A DNA stretch of 24,000 bases from an uncultured Candidatus Saccharibacteria bacterium. Lineage in GTDB: Bacteria; Patescibacteriota; Saccharimonadia; Saccharimonadales; JAGQNJ01. The translations under genes were made by a program, and so were the position numbers. The notes beneath the pieces were generated by a model that searched no databases, was not told the origin of the DNA, and saw only the letters and a list, made by a program, of their open reading frames with translations. Position 1 is the stretch's first letter. Every line of letters begins with the position of its first letter. Below are positions 15,775 through 24,000 of the stretch, piece by piece. The stretch spans positions 7,570 through 31,569 of the forward strand of contig CAZSVQ010000004.1 in NCBI GenBank assembly GCA_964610345.1, written 5' to 3'.

Positions 15775-17724
15775 ATGTATTGTTATGAGATATGGGTAAA
15801 AAGCCCGCAGTATCATGGTAAATCACCACTAACCTACACATCTGTCACCAAGCTGTTGCCCGGAACTGTTGTAAGAATTGATCTTAGAAAAAGACCAGTA
15901 ATGGGAATAGTCCGCCGCGAAGCACCAGCTCCAAAAGGTGTTGCCATGAAACCAATTGATGAGATTTTATTTAATGGTGATTACACTTTGCCGCCTGAAA
16001 GCCTCAAGCTTTTGCACTGGATATTATTATATTACCCGGCACCAAGTGGTACTGTTGCCCAATTATTCTTACCTAGTTCCTGGCCTAAACTCACCATAAG
16101 CACTGTTGAAGATGCTAGCTCGCAATCCTTACTAAAACTACCTAAGTTAACAGCCGAGCAATCTTATGTCTTAAAAACAATCAAAGCTAGGCAAGGTAGC
16201 TTTCTTTTGCACGGAGAGACAGGTTCTGGCAAAACACGTGTTTATATAGAGCTAATCCGCGAAGTATTAAAAAATAATAAATCCAGCCTGGTGCTAGTTC
16301 CAGAAATCGGCTTGGTGCCACATTTGCAAGCAGAAATTAAACAAGTATTTAGTAATACTTCAATAAAGGTTTTTCATTCTGGCCTAACACCTAACCAGCG
16401 CAAACTGACATGGTCAGAAATACTTACCTCTGAGCAACCATTAATTGTAATTGGTCCACGTTCAGCACTTTTTGCACCATTAAAAAATATTGGCTTAGTG
16501 ATAGTTGATGAGTGTCACGATGATGGCTATAAACAAGATAGCACACCTTATTATCATGGGCTACGTGTAGCATCAAAGCTTGCCCAACTACATAGTGCGA
16601 ACTTGATTTTTGGTTCAGCCACACCTTCAATCAATGACACCTACATCGCAAACGAGAAACAAATACCGATTTTACGTATGGAAAAAACTGCCAAACTAAA
16701 GTCTGGCAATGAAACGAAAACTATAATAATTAATAAACTCGATAAAAGTGAATTTACTCGCTCCAAAATACTCAGCACCAGCCTAATAAATGAAATACAG
16801 TCACAACTAAAGCAAAATCAGCAAACATTACTCTTTTTAAACCGTCGTGGTAGTGCAAAAGTTGTAAACTGCGACAATTGTGGTTGGCGTGCAATGTGTC
16901 TTAACTGCGATCTTCCGCTAACCTTTCATGAAGATGTTTTTACGGTGCGGTGCCATACTTGTGGTTTTACTGATAAAGCCCCCTTGCATTGTTCAGACTG
17001 CAATAATCCTGAAATAATCTTTTATGGGCCAGGAACAAAATCTGTTGAAAAGGAAGTTTCTAAATTATTCCCGGATGCCAAGATAGCCCGTTTTGATGGC
17101 GATAACCTGACAAGTGAACGCCTTGATAAAAATCTCTCTAAAATCCATAGCGGAGAAATTGACATAATTATCGGAACGCAAATTTTGGTTAAGGGTTTTG
17201 ACATTCCCAGATTAGGCCTAACTGGCATTATTGACGCTGATTCTAGCCTATCATTCCCTGATTATGCTACCGAAGAAAAAACTTATCAGCTAATTACTCA
17301 AGCAATTGGTCGAGTTGGCAGAGGTCATGTACCTGGTGTGATAGTTTTACAAAGCTTCCAACCTGATAGCAAACTATTAAAGCAAGCAATTAACAAAGAC
17401 TGGGGTAGCTATTACTCAGATCAACTTAAACAACGTAAGATCCACAATTTTCCACCCTATACTTTTTTACTAAAGCTAGAATGTAGTCGGAAGCGCCGTG
17501 AATCTGCCTCAAAAGCTGCTGAAAAATTAAAATCCACCCTGCTTACAAAGCATACATCTATAATTACTATACTTGGTCCCACACCAGCTTTTAAAGAAAA
17601 AAGAAGTACGGAGTTTGTTTGGCAATTAATTATTAAATCACCCCGTCGGTCTGTTCTGTTAGATATCATAAATAACCTACCCAGTGGCTGGCATCACGAT
17701 ATTGACCCGACACATCTGTTATAA
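15775..17724 (+). CDS. priA: Primosomal protein N' (replication restart helicase PriA)
   Basis: LLHGETGSGKTRVYIELI, IVIDECHDDGYKQD, zinc-binding CDNCGWRAMCLNCDLPLTFH...CHTCGF...CSDC, IIIGTQILVKGFDIP. Confidence 0.95.
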   Translation: MYCYEIWVKSPQYHGKSPLTYTSVTKLLPGTVVRIDLRKRPVMGIVRREAPAPKGVAMKPIDEILFNGDYTLPPESLKLLHWILLYYPAPSGTVAQLFLPSSWPKLTISTVEDASSQSLLKLPKLTAEQSYVLKTIKARQGSFLLHGETGSGKTRVYIELIREVLKNNKSSLVLVPEIGLVPHLQAEIKQVFSNTSIKVFHSGLTPNQRKLTWSEILTSEQPLIVIGPRSALFAPLKNIGLVIVDECHDDGYKQDSTPYYHGLRVASKLAQLHSANLIFGSATPSINDTYIANEKQIPILRMEKTAKLKSGNETKTIIINKLDKSEFTRSKILSTSLINEIQSQLKQNQQTLLFLNRRGSAKVVNCDNCGWRAMCLNCDLPLTFHEDVFTVRCHTCGFTDKAPLHCSDCNNPEIIFYGPGTKSVEKEVSKLFPDAKIARFDGDNLTSERLDKNLSKIHSGEIDIIIGTQILVKGFDIPRLGLTGIIDADSSLSFPDYATEEKTYQLITQAIGRVGRGHVPGVIVLQSFQPDSKLLKQAINKDWGSYYSDQLKQRKIHNFPPYTFLLKLECSRKRRESASKAAEKLKSTLLTKHTSIITILGPTPAFKEKRSTEFVWQLIIKSPRRSVLLDIINNLPSGWHHDIDPTHLL

Positions 17725-17756
17725 AACTCGTTTCTAAGGTATACTTGTCAGGAATC

Positions 17757-18326
17757 ATGAACAATAAGCTTATCACCCTACCCAACCCCCACCTCAGGCA
17801 ACGCTCTAAAAAAGTTGGCCTTGTTGACGGAAAGATAAAACAAATCATTGACAACATGAAGCGGGCAACCATTGAATGGGAAGACAGCCGAGAACACGAG
17901 GTTGGTGTTGCACTTGCTGGGGTGCAAATCGACCATCTATTACGCATTGTTATCATTCGCGAAGACACCGAACACAAAGAAAATAAAAATTTCATAGTGT
18001 TTATAAATCCAGAAATTACCAAATACGAAGGCGATATTTTAGAAGATTACGAAGGTTGCTTGAGCATTAAGGATGTATACGGCAAAGTTCCGCGTTATAG
18101 CAAGGTCAAGGTTAAAGCCCTTGATGAAAATGGCAAATCTTTTAGGGTTACCGCTGAAGGATTTTTAGCAAGAATATTTCAACACGAAATTGACCACACT
18201 AACGGTACTGTCTTTATTGACCATATCCAAGACAAAGAAGATGCGTTTTATAAGCTTCAAGATGACGGTAAACTAACTAGCTTAGACTATGAAAAAGATA
18301 TCAGAAACAATAGTATTCTTTGGTAG
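17757..18326 (+). CDS. def: Peptide deformylase
   Basis: GVALAGVQ (motif I variant), EDYEGCLSI (motif II), FQHEIDHTNGTVFIDH (motif III). The track start TTG 17745 is less likely than ATG 17757. Confidence 0.9.
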   Translation: MNNKLITLPNPHLRQRSKKVGLVDGKIKQIIDNMKRATIEWEDSREHEVGVALAGVQIDHLLRIVIIREDTEHKENKNFIVFINPEITKYEGDILEDYEGCLSIKDVYGKVPRYSKVKVKALDENGKSFRVTAEGFLARIFQHEIDHTNGTVFIDHIQDKEDAFYKLQDDGKLTSLDYEKDIRNNSILW

Positions 18327-19212
18327 TGGTCCGGTTGCAGCTAGATCACTAGAGTTGCTCGCAAAAAATTTTACAATTGAAACGGTTATAACTAAACCCC
18401 GTCCACCCCATCATAAAGGCGATGTCCCGGTTCTAACCGTTGTTGAGAAATTAAACATACCCCTACTAACATCAAGCAACAAGCAAGAACTTAATGAGCT
18501 GATTAAAAATTGCATGATCAAAAGTAGAATAGCAATCTTAATTGACTTTGGGATAATTGTTTCCAGAGAAGTTATTGATTTCTTTCCGCTAGGTATAGTA
18601 AATAGTCATTTTTCATTATTACCCTTATGGCGTGGTGCAGACCCAATTACTTTCGCAATACTTAATGGGGATTCTAAAACAGGTGTCAGTCTTATGATGA
18701 TTGACGAAGGTATGGATACTGGCAAAATCTTAACCCAAAAAACTTATCAGCTACCGAAAGATATAACTACTCCAGAATTAACCAACAATTTGATAAATCT
18801 TAGCGCTGAATTATTGTACGATTTTGTACCTCGCTACATTAGTGGAGAGATTAAGCCCCATAGTCAGCCTCATCCAGACCGCGCAACATATTCACGTAAA
18901 CTTTCGAAAGCCGATAGTTTAATCGACTGGTCCAAACCAGCCAGTCAAATTGAACGAGAAATCCGCGCATTTATCGGTTGGCCTGGCTCAAAAACAATAC
19001 TATTTGATAAAGAAGTGACGATAACCTCAGCTAACGAGACACCTGACACCCCGCCAGATTCTGAACCTGGCGATATTACAGTCAGTAAAGAAACAAGTGA
19101 GCTATCGGTTACTACTTCTAATGGTTCAATTTTAGTCAACAAACTTAAGCCTGCCGGCAAACGTGAGATGACTATTAAAGAATTTATAATAGGTTACGGC
19201 AAAATAAAATAA
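18289..19212 (+). CDS. fmt: Methionyl-tRNA formyltransferase
   Basis: IVFFGSGPVAARSLELL, GIVNSHFSLLPLWRGADPITFAILNGDSKTGVSLMMIDEGMDTGKIL. Overlaps the end of def. Confidence 0.9.
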   Translation: MKKISETIVFFGSGPVAARSLELLAKNFTIETVITKPRPPHHKGDVPVLTVVEKLNIPLLTSSNKQELNELIKNCMIKSRIAILIDFGIIVSREVIDFFPLGIVNSHFSLLPLWRGADPITFAILNGDSKTGVSLMMIDEGMDTGKILTQKTYQLPKDITTPELTNNLINLSAELLYDFVPRYISGEIKPHSQPHPDRATYSRKLSKADSLIDWSKPASQIEREIRAFIGWPGSKTILFDKEVTITSANETPDTPPDSEPGDITVSKETSELSVTTSNGSILVNKLKPAGKREMTIKEFIIGYGKIK

Positions 19213-19219
19213 CTTAAGT

Positions 19220-19573
19220 CTAATTGGAAGACTGCTCTTGGCTAGCAGAAACAATTTGCGGAGCAGCTTGTTTGACCTCGCTTTTTAGCTTTTCTAATTC
19301 TTCGGCGACCACTTGTTTATAATTTGGGAAGTTCGTTTCAAGCCAAGTTAGTGCGTACTTTTCTTTCTGTGACTTGGTTTCAGCACTATCCTCAGGTTTG
19401 GGCATTAACTGCTCAAATTCATCTAGTTGCTCGTTGGTCATACGCTCAGCCAGTTTCATACCCACCCTAAGCTCAAGTGTTTCATAAATATGACGCAACA
19501 TCATATTTTTCTCTTGTGGTGGTAGAGTGCCTAATCCTAAATCTTCTAGTAGTGCATTATCTAACTTAAACAT
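19220..19573 (-). CDS. DUF5663-like small protein (common in Patescibacteria)
   Basis: MFKLDNALLEDLGLGTLPPQEKNMMLRHIYETLELRVGMKLAERMTNEQLDEFEQLM. Good SD GAGGAAGG; family assignment from memory. Confidence 0.65.
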   Translation of the reverse strand: MFKLDNALLEDLGLGTLPPQEKNMMLRHIYETLELRVGMKLAERMTNEQLDEFEQLMPKPEDSAETKSQKEKYALTWLETNFPNYKQVVAEELEKLKSEVKQAAPQIVSASQEQSSN

Positions 19574-19612
19574 ACCTTCCTCTTTTCAGTTCTTATTGTA
19601 TCAAGCATACCA

Positions 19613-21103
19613 TTAATTCAGCAAACTCCAGATGAAAGCGATTATTCCAAACGATACTAGCATTATAATACCAGCCGTAACGCCTTGCTGTGCTGCTCTC
19701 TTTAACTCCTTTTGATTATTTAAAGCCTTACGCTGTTGCATGCTAAGATTTTGTATATTTTTTCCCTTACCTGATTCTCTCTCGGTGTTTACTTTTTGAT
19801 TTGTTTGCAATATATCATTTTTAACTAAAATTTTGCTACTGTCATCTAATTGATCCGAATATCCGTCGTCGTAAAAAGGCTCTTCTTTAACCTCGTGTTT
19901 GCGTTCAATATATCGCTCAAATGCAAAAGAATTATTCGTCTTTTCTGATGCAATATTAGATTTATCAATATTAGCAATCAATGTTTCACCGATTTTTTGT
20001 GACCGTAAGATAGTTTGACTCTGATTTATTTCTGGCTTAGTTCTGGCTTGATATGTGTTTTTTGATTCACTTACCTCTGAACCTACGATTTCTGACTCTT
20101 TATATAAATTGTTACTTCTATCAACTAAATCTTTAACTATCGTGTCTGGCTTAGTATTAACATGTGTGGGATTTGCTAATTCCAGCGTATTCAGAGGCTC
20201 CTGATGGTTTATTTTTCGTTTTTTACGTAATTCTAGTGCTTGTTTTTTGCTAATAGCCCTGAGGCGATCTATACCCCTTTTAATTGCATATTGTTCTGTC
20301 TCTATACTTCTGTCTCTTTTGTCGGATGCTTCAAATCGATTTTTTAAATCTTCATACCGTTGTTGGTTTAATCTTTCGGTCGCAATATCACCAAACTTAG
20401 TTGCGCCACTTGAATCATTTTGTGTTTGTAAAATACGATTTTCCGTATGGCTTGCATTAATGGCATAAACTTCAGATTCAAGATCGTCTGTTTTAGTAGG
20501 TATTTCTACCTTGTCATTATTATCCTCACCTACCAGACCCGGTATTTTAGTGCTGTGCTCGCGATTAATAGCTTGCCTCGCTTCTTCTATTGCAATATTG
20601 GCTTCTTGATCAATATCATTTATTGATTCTGCTTCTAGCACCCCGTCATTAGTTAGCTCAATTTCAATTTCTTTACTGCTATTTTCAGTTATAAGCAAAT
20701 TATTTACGTTTTCTATACTATTTTGCGTTAGTGGTATATTAAGCATATTTGGGTCATTTAGAACTTTTGTTGCGACAGTGTTGTTATCAGACTCTTCAGG
20801 TGCAACCTCAACACTATTTAATATCGGTAAGCGTAAATCGGGTTCGCTTTTAGCTTCAGTGATTTCTGTAATTTCGTCTTTTTCTACGCCGGTTGCTTTA
20901 CTAAAAAATGCACTGAATGACTCCAGAAAGCCTTTTTGCTCATCTTTGGGCTGATCTTCTGCTTTATTAAATAGTCTTTTCCATAATTGTGAAACTGGAT
21001 TCTTTTTTTTCTTCTTAGAAGAATCTACTTCATCGCCATCAATATCTTGGTCTGATAAATCATATTCTGTGCCGCTTGTGTAAAATGGAGATTTTTCTTG
21101 CAT
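19613..21103 (-). CDS. Hypothetical low-complexity protein with C-terminal TM anchor
   Basis: 496 aa, mostly charged/polar; C-terminus QQGVTAGIIMLVSFGIIAFIWSLLN is a single TM segment. AAAGGAT SD-like sequence; located directly after infB. Confidence 0.7.
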   Translation of the reverse strand: MQEKSPFYTSGTEYDLSDQDIDGDEVDSSKKKKKNPVSQLWKRLFNKAEDQPKDEQKGFLESFSAFFSKATGVEKDEITEITEAKSEPDLRLPILNSVEVAPEESDNNTVATKVLNDPNMLNIPLTQNSIENVNNLLITENSSKEIEIELTNDGVLEAESINDIDQEANIAIEEARQAINREHSTKIPGLVGEDNNDKVEIPTKTDDLESEVYAINASHTENRILQTQNDSSGATKFGDIATERLNQQRYEDLKNRFEASDKRDRSIETEQYAIKRGIDRLRAISKKQALELRKKRKINHQEPLNTLELANPTHVNTKPDTIVKDLVDRSNNLYKESEIVGSEVSESKNTYQARTKPEINQSQTILRSQKIGETLIANIDKSNIASEKTNNSFAFERYIERKHEVKEEPFYDDGYSDQLDDSSKILVKNDILQTNQKVNTERESGKGKNIQNLSMQQRKALNNQKELKRAAQQGVTAGIIMLVSFGIIAFIWSLLN

Positions 21104-21119
21104 GGCAATAATCCTTTGC

Positions 21120-22889
21120 CTATAACGTCCGCGCTACCTCTTGCCGAGTATAAACTTCGATATGGTCGCCTTCTTGTAAATCTACCTTATTGATAGTTTG
21201 AAGCTGTATACCGCACATTTCACCGGTCTGCACTTCTTTTGTATCAGTTGGTCCTCGTTTTAGCCCAGTCACCTCAACATCAGCCAACCTTTCACCGTCT
21301 CTAAATACGCGAGCCAAAGCTGGTGCTGACAATTTTCCTTTGGTGACCTCACCTCCGGCGATAATGTCAGTTTTAGTGGTTTTAAACACACCCCTTACTA
21401 CGAGACGACCCATGTCAGTTTCTGTAATCTCTGGACTAAGTAGGCTAGTAAGCTCTTCTTTTACATCGTCAATAAGTTCATATATTACTCTATACAAACG
21501 AACACTAACTTTGTCACGTGAGGCAATTTGACGCAAGCCATTGGTCAAATCAACATTAAAACCATAAATTACAGCACTACTGGTTGAGGCAAGTTGTAGG
21601 TCATTGTCGGTAATATTTCCGACCCCACTACCAACAACCCTAACACTAACCTCTTCGTTTTCTAAAGTTTTAAGACTATCGATAACCGATGTTAACGACC
21701 CCTGAACGTCAGCTTTAACAATCACATTAAAATCACTCACTTCAATGTTGCGATTTATCATTCGGAGTAACTGACTACTGGTGCTGACATTGGTTTTTAA
21801 AGTACTGTTAATTTGGCGGCTGCGATTTTCGGCTAATTTCTTTGCTTCTTTTTCATTAGCCACTGCTGTAAATTCTTCGCCAAACTCTGGCAAGTTCCTA
21901 AAGCCCGTCAGGATGACTGGTGTAGACGGGCCAGCTTCTGCTATAGCATCACCCAAGGTTGTTTCAAGGTTCCTAATCTTGCCGTAAGTCGAACCCACGA
22001 CCACCGCCGAACCATTCGTAAGTGTTCCTGTCTCAACCAGAGCTATCGCCACGGGACCTCTGCCCTTTTCCATATGCGATTCAATAATCAAACCTTTAGC
22101 CGAGGTACCTACATCAGCCTTCAATTCTTCTACATCAGCTACCAATAAGACCATGTCAAGCAATCCCGCAATACCATCTTTAGTTTTGGCAGAAACAGGC
22201 ACGATAATTGTGTCACCGCCCCAATCTTCTGGTACCAAGTTTTGTTCGGCAAGCTGTTGTTTGACTCGGTCGGGATTAGCTTCTGGTTTATCCATTTTAT
22301 TCAAAGCAAAAATCATCTTTACGCCTGCTTTTTGGGCAAATCTGATTGCTTCTAAGGTTTGTGGCTTAATACCGTCATCAGCTGCAATTACGATTATTGC
22401 CAAATCTGTTAATTGGGCGCCGTGCTCCCGCAAAGCCGCAAAAGCCTCATGCCCAGGAGTATCAAGGAAAGTTATCTTACGCTCACCATGCTTAATTTGG
22501 TAGGCAGAAATATGCTGGGTGATACCTCCAGCCTCTTGCCTTACAACCTCGGCACCCCGCACTGCATCAAGTAAAGATGTCTTGCCGTGGTCAACATGTC
22601 CCATTACCGCAACTACTGGTGGACGCAGTTTGGCTTGATCACTAACCTCATGTGTGCGCTTTGTAGACGCAACGGCATCTTCTGCCTGTTTGCGTGTTAG
22701 CACAATATCTGGCAATTTCAACTCTTCGGTAATTATTTGTGCTGTCTCAAAGTCAATTCGCTCATTAACGGTTACCATAATACCGTTTTTCATTAGCTCT
22801 CCGATTAATTTAGTAACCGGAATCATCAACTTATTAGCGAGATCGCCAACGGTAATCATGTCATCTATTTCTATACTTGCTCGTGGCAT
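21120..22889 (-). CDS. infB: Translation initiation factor IF-2
   Basis: PPVVAVMGHVDHGKTSLLDAVR, ITQHISAYQI, DTPGHEAFAALRERG-like, NKMDKPEANPDRV. AAAGGAG SD. Confidence 0.97.
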   Translation of the reverse strand: MPRASIEIDDMITVGDLANKLMIPVTKLIGELMKNGIMVTVNERIDFETAQIITEELKLPDIVLTRKQAEDAVASTKRTHEVSDQAKLRPPVVAVMGHVDHGKTSLLDAVRGAEVVRQEAGGITQHISAYQIKHGERKITFLDTPGHEAFAALREHGAQLTDLAIIVIAADDGIKPQTLEAIRFAQKAGVKMIFALNKMDKPEANPDRVKQQLAEQNLVPEDWGGDTIIVPVSAKTKDGIAGLLDMVLLVADVEELKADVGTSAKGLIIESHMEKGRGPVAIALVETGTLTNGSAVVVGSTYGKIRNLETTLGDAIAEAGPSTPVILTGFRNLPEFGEEFTAVANEKEAKKLAENRSRQINSTLKTNVSTSSQLLRMINRNIEVSDFNVIVKADVQGSLTSVIDSLKTLENEEVSVRVVGSGVGNITDNDLQLASTSSAVIYGFNVDLTNGLRQIASRDKVSVRLYRVIYELIDDVKEELTSLLSPEITETDMGRLVVRGVFKTTKTDIIAGGEVTKGKLSAPALARVFRDGERLADVEVTGLKRGPTDTKEVQTGEMCGIQLQTINKVDLQEGDHIEVYTRQEVARTL

Positions 22890-22935
22890 ACTCGCTCCTT
22901 TCGTGTGACGATATATTTACATCTTGAATTTATAG

Positions 22936-24000
22936 TTATTTTTTGCCGTCTTTAAGGCTCAACGCTATTTTTCGGCCTTCAGTGTCAATATCAATTACTT
23001 TGAACTGTTTCTTTTCATTTAGTTGAAATAGTTTTTCAGGGTCAACACTTTCTTCATCACCCATTTCAGAAACATGCACAAGCGCTTCCACAGCTGAGCT
23101 TAACTGAACAAATGCACCAAATGGTGTTATCCGAGTAATTTTACCCTCTACAGTGTCACCTTTTGTGAATGATTTAACTTCTTTTAACCATGGATCTTCG
23201 GTTGTTTGCTTCAGGCTTAAGCTAAGGCGATCTTTGTCAATACCGATAATCTTAGCTTCAACCGTCTGGCCAACTTTTACATAGTCTTTAGGTGTTTCAA
23301 CACGCTCCCAAGAAATCTCAGAAATATGAATCAACCCTTCAATACCAGTAACATTTACAAATGCACCGAAGTCGATAACTCCCGTAATTACACCTTCAAC
23401 TGAATCACCAATTTTAAGCTTCGCAAATCGATTTTGAAGTTCATCACGAACAGCTTCTTTTTCTGAAACAATTAGTTTGTTATCTTTTTTACTTACGTCT
23501 AATACCCGCACTTTAATTGGCTTATTAGTGAGCGAATTTAGCTTTTGCAAGATTTCATCTTTATCAGCACCAGAAACGCGAGGATAGTGACCAGCTGCCA
23601 ATTGACTCACCGGCAAGAAACCACGAATACCTTCTGCCTCAATTAATAATCCACCCCGATTCGCATCATAGGGATAAATATCGATGATTTCTTGAGCTTC
23701 TTGCAATCGTTTAAGTTCATCCCAGCCTCGATCTTTAGCGGCACGACGCATACTTAACAATACGTAACCGTCTTCTAGCTCGGGCTCTAAAACGCTGACA
23801 TTGATCTTCGCATTGAGTTCAAGTTTTTGAGCTCCGCTAATCTCTCGTCGTAACACTACGCCAACTCCGTTAGCGCCAAGATCAACCCAGATCTCTTGCT
23901 TTTTTATACCTGTAATAACGCCTTCGACAACGTCACCTGTTTTTAATTGTTTTACTTCGGATGACTCTAATAATTCATCCATTGTTATGGTTTTAGACAC
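22936..24000 (-). CDS. rpsA: Small ribosomal subunit protein bS1 (four S1 domains); start at window edge so possibly incomplete
   Basis: Repeated S1 motifs GDVVEGVITGIKKQEIWVDLG, GDSVEGVITGVIDFGAFVNVTGIEGLIHISEIS, GDTVEGKITRITPFGAFVQL. The start may be ATG 23982, GTG 24000, or beyond. Confidence 0.88.
   Translation of the reverse strand: MSKTITMDELLESSEVKQLKTGDVVEGVITGIKKQEIWVDLGANGVGVVLRREISGAQKLELNAKINVSVLEPELEDGYVLLSMRRAAKDRGWDELKRLQEAQEIIDIYPYDANRGGLLIEAEGIRGFLPVSQLAAGHYPRVSGADKDEILQKLNSLTNKPIKVRVLDVSKKDNKLIVSEKEAVRDELQNRFAKLKIGDSVEGVITGVIDFGAFVNVTGIEGLIHISEISWERVETPKDYVKVGQTVEAKIIGIDKDRLSLSLKQTTEDPWLKEVKSFTKGDTVEGKITRITPFGAFVQLSSAVEALVHVSEMGDEESVDPEKLFQLNEKKQFKVIDIDTEGRKIALSLKDGKK

Noticed and set aside
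1-24000. CRISPR arrays, tRNA/rRNA genes, transposases, integrases
   Set aside because: Scanned by eye; no spaced direct repeats, tRNA-like cloverleafs or recombinase-like ORFs observed.

Overview
This 24 kb window is dominated by housekeeping genes. From the class II RNR, the very small ribosomal/cell-division genes and the DUF5663-like protein, it looks like a reduced Saccharibacteria/Patescibacteria (CPR) chromosome; that assignment is an inference. On the minus strand I read: partial hypothetical, parB, parA, rplU, ileS (eukaryote-like type 2), GIY-YIG/T5orf172-DUF4357 protein, thioredoxin-fold protein, nrdJ, nrdR, ftsZ, ftsA, map, adk, yqeY-like, rpsU, winged-HTH protein, DUF5663-like protein, a long tail-anchored low-complexity protein, infB and rpsA. 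On the plus strand I read lepB, priA, def and fmt. There is no CRISPR array, rRNA, tRNA or obvious mobile element. The most interesting signal is non-coding. A compact, apparently Ile-specific T-box riboswitch (about 6572-6770, minus) has canonical antiterminator architecture and sits upstream of a GIY-YIG/T5orf172-DUF4357 gene that is translationally coupled (ATGA) to ileS. Other observations are a pseudoknotted candidate leader RNA upstream of the B12-dependent RNR gene nrdJ, two NrdR-box-like sites flanking the nrdR -10 element, several promoters whose -10 box is 6-7 nt from the ATG (predicted leaderless mRNAs), a perfect 21-bp palindrome at the ftsA promoter, and a cysteine-free thioredoxin-like protein downstream of nrdJ.
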